The notes beneath the pieces were generated by a model, which was given only the letters and a program-made list of their open reading frames with translations, ran no database searches and was not told the origin of the DNA. The translations under genes and the position numbers were made by a program. This document shows, one piece after another, positions 56,238 to 64,000 of a stretch of DNA of 64,000 bases. Source of the DNA: Escherichia phage ESCO5; the sequence record NC_047776.2; one strand, given 5' to 3'. The stretch's first letter is position 1. Every line of letters starts with the position of its first letter.

Positions 56238-57299
56238 ATGGCGAAGCCAATATATTATCCTGACTGGGCTACACAAACTGTAACGCTCCCAGGAACTTTA
56301 AACACAAACAAAATTAGACCTAAAGAAACCATCCGCACAATTGGTATGGATTATGGTCAAATCATGACTTGCGAAGAAATGAACTGGATTCTTAATAATA
56401 TCGGTTTATGGATTCGCTATTTGGTGGATGACTTTCTTCCAACTTTACCTGATACTTACTTGCCTTTAATTGGAACTAAGATTACAATGGCAGGTGATGC
56501 TACTGGTGAGGCTACTTGGAATGGTAATAAAGAAGTTACTTTATCTATCCAAGTTCAAGATAATAGTCATAATCACTTGTCGGCAAACATTACAGATGCC
56601 ACTAGTTCAACAGTAACACCAAACGTGTTGGTAAAACGTGATGCAGGTGGTGCTATTTACGGTGGTGATATTTATGTTAATGGCACTTCCACAACAGATC
56701 CTGCAACACTGTTCTTCAAAAACTTTGCAGGACAAACGAATGGTGAGATTTCTGCCGAGTATCAAAGCGGAGGTCAGCTTTACATCTATCGTAGAAATCC
56801 TAGCACAGGTAGTGTATCGGCAGGTGTTCGTTTATATGATGCAGGTTATGTTCTAATAGATAATCCAAGATCAAACAGTGGACAAGACACTTCTAACGGA
56901 AATGCTTTAGTTCGTTTAGATTATCTGAACTCTCGTTTGACTTCCCTTCAGAATACATTGCAGACGAATATTAACACTGTTCAAAACAACTTGAATAATG
57001 TTAACAACAACCTCTCTTCTCGTATAAACAATGTAGAAAGTAATCATCAAAGTCAGATTACAAATAACTACAACTATGCTAACGGAACCTTTGTAAGAGA
57101 TATTCGTTATACTAGCCAAGGTGTGTATTATCCACCAGGGAACGAGGTTTCTTGGACTTATATCTGTTCTTCTGGTTATGTTCTTTCTGGTATTATCGTA
57201 CAGGAAACAGGACGTAGCTCTGCGGATAACATCGGTGGGGTTTACTTCAAACGCCTCCAGCGCAACGTTAACGGAAACTGGTACGATATTGGAGGCTAA
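56238..57299 (+). CDS. tail fibre protein (putative)
   Basis: 353 aa; Asn/Gln-rich coiled segment LQNTLQTNINTVQNNLNNVNNNLSSRINNVESN. Confidence 0.45.
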   Translation: MAKPIYYPDWATQTVTLPGTLNTNKIRPKETIRTIGMDYGQIMTCEEMNWILNNIGLWIRYLVDDFLPTLPDTYLPLIGTKITMAGDATGEATWNGNKEVTLSIQVQDNSHNHLSANITDATSSTVTPNVLVKRDAGGAIYGGDIYVNGTSTTDPATLFFKNFAGQTNGEISAEYQSGGQLYIYRRNPSTGSVSAGVRLYDAGYVLIDNPRSNSGQDTSNGNALVRLDYLNSRLTSLQNTLQTNINTVQNNLNNVNNNLSSRINNVESNHQSQITNNYNYANGTFVRDIRYTSQGVYYPPGNEVSWTYICSSGYVLSGIIVQETGRSSADNIGGVYFKRLQRNVNGNWYDIGG

Positions 57300-57845
57300 A
57301 TGATATTTACAAACTTTAAAAAATATATTCCTGAAGACCCTGAACTAAAAGAATTGGTAGAAGCAGAGAACATTCTTTTTCTTCGTTGCGATCAAGGTTA
57401 CGATTGGTATGATTTACGTAGCACAGAATTCAATAACGATAAAATGAAAGTCGTTTTTGATGATCAAAATCGTATTGTGTTTTGGAATACTGATCCTACA
57501 CTACTTTGCCCTGAAGATCTTTCTATAGCACAAGTAGACTTTAACATAGATACTTTTGAGGATATTAGGAACAAGGTTCTGGATTTAGAAACCTTAACTC
57601 TTAAGAATAAAGAGTATTCCCGTGAAGAGTTGATGACACAAGCTAGTGCAAAAATTCGCTCTTTACAAGAAACAGCGGTAGCACTTATAACACCTTTACA
57701 GTATGCTAAAGATTTAGAAATGGCTACTGAAGACGAATTAGCTTATCTTAAAAATCTTCAAGTTTATGTAGTTAAACTAAATCGTGTTCCGCTTCAAAAA
57801 GACTATCCTTACGCTATAGATTGGCCTACATTACCGACAGAATAA
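57300..57845 (+). CDS. tail fibre assembly protein (putative)
   Basis: 181 aa; start overlaps previous stop. Confidence 0.35.
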   Translation: MIFTNFKKYIPEDPELKELVEAENILFLRCDQGYDWYDLRSTEFNNDKMKVVFDDQNRIVFWNTDPTLLCPEDLSIAQVDFNIDTFEDIRNKVLDLETLTLKNKEYSREELMTQASAKIRSLQETAVALITPLQYAKDLEMATEDELAYLKNLQVYVVKLNRVPLQKDYPYAIDWPTLPTE

Positions 57846-57854
57846 GGGATCACT

Positions 57855-58190
57855 ATGGAATTTCAAGAAGCATGGGGACTTGCAAAGGATGCAATAATCC
57901 CTTTAATCGGAGTCATCTGGTTCTTTTTCAAACAAAAAATGGATAAATTCGGCTCTGATCTTGAGGAAATGGAGGAGAAAAGTCGAGAGCTAGAGAAGAA
58001 GTTGGTCTTTGTTGAATCAACTTATGCAACTAAAGCCGAACTTACCCAGATGCTAAATCAAATTAACTCTACATTAATGGCAAATAATAACACTCTTGAG
58101 CAAAAAATTGAAAAGATTATGGACCTCAAGAATGCGACTATCCAAATGATGCTAGATGACATAGTTAAACGTACACAGAATAAGGGGTAA
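57855..58190 (+). CDS. hypothetical protein with N-terminal hydrophobic helix and coiled coil
   Basis: 111-aa ORF. Confidence 0.35.
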   Translation: MEFQEAWGLAKDAIIPLIGVIWFFFKQKMDKFGSDLEEMEEKSRELEKKLVFVESTYATKAELTQMLNQINSTLMANNNTLEQKIEKIMDLKNATIQMMLDDIVKRTQNKG

Positions 58191-58193
58191 TTA

Positions 58194-61100
58194 ATGGCAA
58201 CATTCCCAACATATCCAGCAACGTCTCTCGAACAGGGCGTAGACCTGGTTATTTTCTCATCTAACCAACTCCATGATGTTATTAATGGAAGTGCTACAGA
58301 GAGTATTGAAACAGAATCAGGGTTGATACCAACCCTGAGAAAATCCCTTGTTGACAACTTTTTCTTTAAAAGCCCATTGGATTGGGCGCAAGGCACAAAC
58401 GAAACAGTTTTTAACCAACTACGTTATTTTCAGAATGGGGTATTGAGCGGTTATTATTATGCTCCTAATGCTACATTGGTAAACCCAATTCCTATGCAAG
58501 GGACTCCAGTAGGAGATAACAACTGGGTATTGTGGGGACTGAAGACAGAACAACTAGCAACAGAAGTCACCCCTTGGGTATATTCTGGTGCAACTGGTTA
58601 TGAAACAGTAATCAGTCCTCCCTACATCTTTGATAGTGCTATTGTTACAATCAATGGTGTTATTCAGGTTCTGGGAGAAGCTTTCCGCATAGAAGATAGT
58701 AAAATCATTTTATCTGAACCTTTGGGACATGATCCTGCAACAGGACTGCCAAACAAGCTTTTTGCCTATATTGGTAAAATCGTAGCTTCCGCAGATACAG
58801 ATCCTAACTTAGAAAACCGTCTTGTCAGTTTAGAAACAAAAACTGAAGAACTGACAGAAAACATGGATAAAGTACCTTTACAAACTATTGCTCGTAAATA
58901 CGGTTTGTTGGATGACGAAGTAGCTTACGCAACAGCGGGTCAATCATTAACAGGGATTAAAGCTCTGTATGATCCGGTAGCACAATCTTCCTACACATTG
59001 CCTCCTAACATCACAGGGACTTTAACATCTTTGTCTGTTTCTGGAGTAATGACTTATTCTGGCGGATCTGTAGATCTTTCTGCATTAGCTGTTGAACGTG
59101 GACAGTTTGTTCATTTGCCTACAAGCTTTGGTAATAATGTAACTCTGACAGCTAAAAATCAGACGATTGGGCGTGGCGCTGGTCGCTATCGTTGGGCGGG
59201 AAGTTTACCAAAAAGTATTTTAGCTTCTGATACATTGGAAACAAGTGGTGGATTAGGTCCAAATGCATGGGTTCTAACTAATACAGAAGGACTGTTAACC
59301 CCTCGTGGTGGAACATACAACGATTTATTCGATGTTGTCCGCTTATCAGAATTTGCTAACAATACAACTACCTATACCACACCAGAAGCAGCTTTCCAGG
59401 CGGCACTGTTAGCAGCAAAAGCTTCGAAAAGTAAGATTCTCGACGCTTACGGTTGTGATATGACTTTCACGACAAGCTCTTTTGATATTCAAGATATCAC
59501 TTTGCGTGGGGGTGTGTTCCGTGGTCAACGCGATTATCGTGTGCAAAATGCTACAGTAGAAGGCACAACTTTCCGTAACTCTCGTGTTATGTATTGGGGT
59601 GGTGCTGTGCGCATGTTCGATTGTTTGTGGGACGGTGCTCCTCGCGCAGGTCAAGTTGGTAGCTTGGTATTCCAAGGAAACCCAATATCAGGTACTTTTG
59701 AAATTGATAATTGTACTTTTAAAAACGGGTTATATGGCATCCTTCAACAAGGAACAGGGGAACCAGTAACACGCGGTGTCTTCCGTAACCTTACCTTCAT
59801 GGACATGCAAGGTGATGCAATAGAACTGAACGTCATCAATAAACATTATGATGATGGTTGTGTGATTGAGAATATTTACCTGTCTAATATTGATGGGACT
59901 AACGCTCCTATTCCTCTGTCCAACTGGGGTATCGGTATTGGTGTGGCTGGTAAAGGACCATATGGTTACGGAATTCCTGATGATCAATATTGCAAGAATA
60001 TTACAATTCGTAACGTTTTTGCAAAACGTTGTCGTCAGATTGTCCACGTAGAAGTTGGTCGTAATATTTCTATCGAAAACATTCATGGCGATCCAGATCA
60101 AACTGTATCTGTTGGGACAGGTTTGGCAACTGGCGCAGTTGTAATGTATGGAAGTAAAGATTTTACGATTGATGGTGTTTACGGAGAGCCTAAAACAGAC
60201 GGTAGCACACTTGCAAGTAATATCCGTATGATTTATTTGGAGTGGGGAACTAACGCAGTTCTGGATGAAGAGGGCAATCCGGTAGTTCCGGCACAGGGCA
60301 GACCTTCAAACCCATGCTTTAACTATTCTGTTCGTAACATTCACACCAAAACTGGGCGTGTTTTTGCAGGAGTTTCCGCTGGGCCAGGTTATGAAAACAG
60401 AGTCAGCTTTGAGAATATCCATTGTGCTGCGTTGCAGTTGTTCGGTGTAGCTTCTTGGCTTTCAATGTCTAACATCACCTGTAATATCTTTGATTGTGTT
60501 GGTCAACCTGAATCTGGTCCAGGGACATTTTATGATGGATTCTTCCGTAGAGAAAAATCTGTTCTTGAGATGGTTAACGTAAACTGTTACCCAGATGGCA
60601 AGACTATGGTTACTGGTCGCCCACAGTGGAGCCGTTGCCGTTACTCTGATATTCATCGTGTCAACTGTAATGTTGAAGCTAATATGTATACCAATATCGC
60701 AGGTGGTATTGGAGCTATTGTAGGGACAACTGGCAAAGTTTATTACTTAGAGCCTAACCCTAGCCGAAACATTGATGGGATGCATTTCCCAACAGGGAAG
60801 GAGTTTGACAAAGGGGATATGATAGTCAAAGCGGATAATACGTTCTTCCTTGTAACAACAAGTGGGGCATACATTCCAGATATCCCAGCTTTCGGTATTC
60901 GAGCTACACAAGCAGGAGATACCTTCCTGACACAGAACTTGACTCCTAATGGGACAGCAACAAACGCTTCTTGGTTGTATCACTATCCTCTGTCAGCAGG
61001 AACACGTATCCGTATTCCTGGTGCTGGTGTAGGTGGAGCAGATTTGGACACAGTTATTACTCGTGCACCTTATCAAGATAATGATACGTGGACTAACCCA

Positions 61101-61247
61101 GTTAAAATAGACATTGCAGATCCAATTGTAACGCCTACGAGTGCTGGAGTTAGAATCAAAACCATACCTAACGATTCTAGTAATGTTTCTGTAGGTAATA
61201 CTGCGGTTATTCGCCCAACACCAGTGGTAGATGTGCCAACAACCTAA
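58194..61247 (+). CDS. tailspike-like protein with parallel beta-helix-like repeats (possible depolymerase)
   Basis: 1017 aa; repeated Asn/Gly/Val-rich segments (NITIRNVFAKRCRQIVHVEVGRNISIENIHGD). Confidence 0.4.
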   Translation: MATFPTYPATSLEQGVDLVIFSSNQLHDVINGSATESIETESGLIPTLRKSLVDNFFFKSPLDWAQGTNETVFNQLRYFQNGVLSGYYYAPNATLVNPIPMQGTPVGDNNWVLWGLKTEQLATEVTPWVYSGATGYETVISPPYIFDSAIVTINGVIQVLGEAFRIEDSKIILSEPLGHDPATGLPNKLFAYIGKIVASADTDPNLENRLVSLETKTEELTENMDKVPLQTIARKYGLLDDEVAYATAGQSLTGIKALYDPVAQSSYTLPPNITGTLTSLSVSGVMTYSGGSVDLSALAVERGQFVHLPTSFGNNVTLTAKNQTIGRGAGRYRWAGSLPKSILASDTLETSGGLGPNAWVLTNTEGLLTPRGGTYNDLFDVVRLSEFANNTTTYTTPEAAFQAALLAAKASKSKILDAYGCDMTFTTSSFDIQDITLRGGVFRGQRDYRVQNATVEGTTFRNSRVMYWGGAVRMFDCLWDGAPRAGQVGSLVFQGNPISGTFEIDNCTFKNGLYGILQQGTGEPVTRGVFRNLTFMDMQGDAIELNVINKHYDDGCVIENIYLSNIDGTNAPIPLSNWGIGIGVAGKGPYGYGIPDDQYCKNITIRNVFAKRCRQIVHVEVGRNISIENIHGDPDQTVSVGTGLATGAVVMYGSKDFTIDGVYGEPKTDGSTLASNIRMIYLEWGTNAVLDEEGNPVVPAQGRPSNPCFNYSVRNIHTKTGRVFAGVSAGPGYENRVSFENIHCAALQLFGVASWLSMSNITCNIFDCVGQPESGPGTFYDGFFRREKSVLEMVNVNCYPDGKTMVTGRPQWSRCRYSDIHRVNCNVEANMYTNIAGGIGAIVGTTGKVYYLEPNPSRNIDGMHFPTGKEFDKGDMIVKADNTFFLVTTSGAYIPDIPAFGIRATQAGDTFLTQNLTPNGTATNASWLYHYPLSAGTRIRIPGAGVGGADLDTVITRAPYQDNDTWTNPVKIDIADPIVTPTSAGVRIKTIPNDSSNVSVGNTAVIRPTPVVDVPTT

Positions 61248-61254
61248 TGGAAAT

Positions 61255-61282
61255 AGAGAGGGGGATTCCCCCTCTTCTTCCA
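61255..61282 (+). terminator. rho-independent terminator
   Basis: GAGAGGGGG-ATT-CCCCCTCTC followed by T-rich run. Confidence 0.5.
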
Positions 61283-61311
61283 ATAGAATGGTCTAATAAT
61301 AGGAGAGATAA

Positions 61312-63336
61312 ATGAATTTAACAAGACCTAATAGTGCGATAGCCGATCTAGTAGAAGCTACTTATCGAAAACGTCGCAGTTTTGAGGCAGGTTTTACATT
61401 ACGTAATTCCCGTGAAGTTTTGCTGTTAGCGGCAGAAGGGAATTATTACCAATGGAAAGGAACTTTTCCTAAAGTAGTTCCAGCAAACTCTACGCCAGCC
61501 ACCACAGGTGGTATTTCTTCCCTTGCATGGCAAAGTGTTGGGACCGCTGATGATATAGCAATTATCAATGCCAAGTTTACGGCAATGCAGCAACAGATTG
61601 ATGATCTGTCGGAAACAATACCTGAAGCTGGTAAATCGGCTTATCAGATCGCACTTGATAATGGTTTTGTTGGAACAGAAGCACAATGGCTTGCTTCTTT
61701 GAAAGGGGATACTGGTGCTCAACTTAATATTAAAGGATCATTAGCAAGCACTAGTGAACTACCATCTACAGGTAACGTAGCAGGTGATGGTTATATTGTA
61801 GGAGATGTAATCTACGCTTGGGATGGGGCTGTTTGGAAACTTATCTCTTCTCTTGGGCCAGAAGGGAAATCAGCTTACGAGGTATGGTTAGCAGATGGTA
61901 ATACAGGATCTGTTTATGACTTTCTTGCCTCTATAAAAGGTGATAAAGGAGACGTTGGTCCTACAGGTCCACAGGGTGCACCTGGTGTCAACGCTAATGG
62001 TTTTGATTACCGTGGAGATTTGCCTTCTACAAGTAACTTACCACAACCTAACTCTGAAAACGTAAGCCAAGCTTATTCTATTAATGGTAATCTTTATGTC
62101 TCTAATGGGACAGCTTGGGTCAACATGGGTAATATTGTTGGTCCTCAAGGTCCACAAGGTGAGGCAGGTAAAGACGGTCTAGATGGAACAGATGGAGACG
62201 AAGGGAAATCTGCATATCAAAGTTGGCTGGATGCTGGTAATGAAGGGACAGAAGTAGATTTTATTGCCTCACTTAAAGGTCCAAAAGGAGACAAGGGTGA
62301 TCAAGGAGAGCGAGGTCCACAAGGTGAACTAGGTCCACAAGGACCAGTGGGTGCAACAGGATCAGGTTTAGAGATTATCGGGGTTCTGAACAGCGAAGCT
62401 GAACTTCCTCCTACTGGAGAAGTAGGTGATGCATATAAAATTAATAATGATTTGTATGTTTGGGTTCAAGATGCTACAGAATGGATGAATGTAGGCAGTC
62501 TTGGAGGAACATCAATTACAGCTAAAGGTCATGTTCCGAACAGTGAAGCTCTCCCTGTTTATAATAACTACGGTGATGCCTATTTAACTGAAGACACTAG
62601 TAATCTTTACATCTATACCTACGATCAAGACACCAATTCCGCATCTTTTGTTGACATGGGAAGTATTAAAGGCGACAAAGGTGAAAAAGGGGATAAAGGA
62701 GATAAGGGTGATCCTGGAACAAACGGAACCAACGGTACTGATGGGACCAACGGTAAGGACGGCGCACAGTGGTTTGTAGCAACAACTAATCCAGTCACAG
62801 GAGACGGTGTTATCAATGATTACGCCTTCAATACTACCACTGGAGCAGTATTTAAGAAAACAGATTCTTCTACGTGGACACTTATAGGAACTCTTCCTAG
62901 TATACCAGAAGCCCCTCAAGACGGCTTGACGTATGGTCGTTCTGATGGAAACTGGATCGAAATATCAGGATCAGATCCTACGGAAGCTATAACACCAACT
63001 AGAGTTACAGCAGGTTTCATGGAACTTGAAACAACTACTGCCAACTCTGGAGCATCTTGGACTCCTTCTGGAACTTCCAATATGTATGTTGTTACAGTAA
63101 CTGACGCTCTGACAGTTGGAGCATGGCCTGGTGTCACTGGCTCTACAAAACCTAAAGCGTTTTCAGCAATGATTTATTTGATTCAAGATACAACGGGACA
63201 CACGGTTACACTAGATGCGTCTTATGGAGCACTAAATGATACAGAAATAGCAACTACTGCTAACGCAGTAACAATTTTGCAATTAACGTATCCTGGTGTG
63301 GGTGATATCGTGGACATGGTTGTTGTAACACGATAA
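61312..63336 (+). CDS. tail fibre protein with collagen-like Gly-X-Y repeats
   Basis: 674 aa; GPQGPQGEAGKDGLDGTDGDEG, GPKGDKGDQGERGPQGELGPQGPVGATG, GDKGEKGDKGDKGDPGTNGTNGTDGTNGKDG. Confidence 0.6.
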   Translation: MNLTRPNSAIADLVEATYRKRRSFEAGFTLRNSREVLLLAAEGNYYQWKGTFPKVVPANSTPATTGGISSLAWQSVGTADDIAIINAKFTAMQQQIDDLSETIPEAGKSAYQIALDNGFVGTEAQWLASLKGDTGAQLNIKGSLASTSELPSTGNVAGDGYIVGDVIYAWDGAVWKLISSLGPEGKSAYEVWLADGNTGSVYDFLASIKGDKGDVGPTGPQGAPGVNANGFDYRGDLPSTSNLPQPNSENVSQAYSINGNLYVSNGTAWVNMGNIVGPQGPQGEAGKDGLDGTDGDEGKSAYQSWLDAGNEGTEVDFIASLKGPKGDKGDQGERGPQGELGPQGPVGATGSGLEIIGVLNSEAELPPTGEVGDAYKINNDLYVWVQDATEWMNVGSLGGTSITAKGHVPNSEALPVYNNYGDAYLTEDTSNLYIYTYDQDTNSASFVDMGSIKGDKGEKGDKGDKGDPGTNGTNGTDGTNGKDGAQWFVATTNPVTGDGVINDYAFNTTTGAVFKKTDSSTWTLIGTLPSIPEAPQDGLTYGRSDGNWIEISGSDPTEAITPTRVTAGFMELETTTANSGASWTPSGTSNMYVVTVTDALTVGAWPGVTGSTKPKAFSAMIYLIQDTTGHTVTLDASYGALNDTEIATTANAVTILQLTYPGVGDIVDMVVVTR

Positions 63337-63340
63337 CAGA

Positions 63341-63366
63341 AGCCCCGAAAGGGGCTTTCTTTTTAT
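63341..63366 (+). terminator. rho-independent terminator
   Basis: AGCCCC-GAAA-GGGGCT followed by TTCTTTTTAT. Confidence 0.65.
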
Positions 63367-63377
63367 GGAGGGTTTAA

Positions 63378-64000
63378 ATGTTTCCAATTCCAATATTTAC
63401 TATTATGACCAGCACTGGTGTCGTTCCTCTGCCAGCAGGTATTGTTAAAAAAGTAATCACTCTAGATTACCCAGATAATGCTGGCAATTCTAATAGCAGT
63501 TTAGCAATTTTGCTTAATGATGGTAGATTGTTTACTCAAGGCGCAAACCTTTTTGGTGAGATTGCAGATGGAACTCGTAGTGCACGATTCAATAATTTCC
63601 ACTTAGCTTCTACTGTAGTAGCGGATGTGTTTACCGCAGATCGTTGTTTTGTTATTAAAACTAACAGTGGGGGATGGCAATATTCAGGATTGACAGCAGG
63701 GTTGGTAGGATCTATAGCAGCAGGTGGTACGGATGCATGTGTAACTACTTGGACCAGCTTTCCATCTGTAATAACAGGGACTATCTCTTTAGCCAATCTT
63801 AAAGAGGTTAAGGGAGGATATAACAACACTCTCTGGTTGATGAATAGTGGTGTTCTTTATGGATCAGGTCAAAACACAGTAGGCAGTTTAGGTGCAAGTA
63901 CTACTAACGAAGTTTCTACTCCTCGTCAGATAACAAGTGCAGCAGTTGCTTTTGATGCAGGTTACAACCAATGCTCTTATGTCAACAATGTGGGAACCTT
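63378..64000 (+). CDS. tail fibre/structural protein, 3' end runs off the window
   Basis: ATG after GGAGGG RBS; ORF open to the window end (MFPIPIFTIMTSTGVVPLPAG...); Gly/Ser/Thr-rich. Confidence 0.4.
   Translation, partial: MFPIPIFTIMTSTGVVPLPAGIVKKVITLDYPDNAGNSNSSLAILLNDGRLFTQGANLFGEIADGTRSARFNNFHLASTVVADVFTADRCFVIKTNSGGWQYSGLTAGLVGSIAAGGTDACVTTWTSFPSVITGTISLANLKEVKGGYNNTLWLMNSGVLYGSGQNTVGSLGASTTNEVSTPRQITSAAVAFDAGYNQCSYVNNVGT

Noticed and set aside
62584-62919. Minus-strand ORFs inside the collagen-like fibre gene
   Set aside because: Antisense to Gly-X-Y repeat coding sequence, which generates long open frames on the opposite strand by composition alone.

Overview
This window reads as a contiguous piece of a large, AT-rich, virulent myovirus-type phage genome, with three blocks. 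(1) 1-22730, all minus strand: early and DNA-metabolism genes, including rmlA/rmlB (dTDP-sugar), class Ia ribonucleotide reductase nrdA/nrdB split by an AP2-type homing endonuclease, a ThyX-like protein, nucleases, an ATP-dependent ligase, and a three-gene RNA end-healing and sealing operon (metallophosphoesterase, Rnl1-like RNA ligase, Pnk-like kinase). (2) 22731-26350: a divergent AT-rich control region with GTAC-core repeats and GATC palindromes, then a plus-strand array of at least 12 tRNA genes plus two tRNA-like elements I could not fold. (3) 26350-64000, all plus strand: late genes, including an overlapping spanin pair, a large terminase whose P-loop is interrupted by a ~159-aa mini-intein, portal, scaffold, capsid, sheath, tube, tape measure, baseplate and several tail fibre/tailspike genes. 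The most interesting candidates are the split RNA repair module beside the tRNA array, the terminase intein, an Asn-anticodon tRNA with a long extra arm, and a FEN/RNase H-like gene with no canonical start codon. All calls are from reading the sequence and translations by eye; no searches or folding programs were run, so coordinates of RNA features and all family assignments need confirmation.
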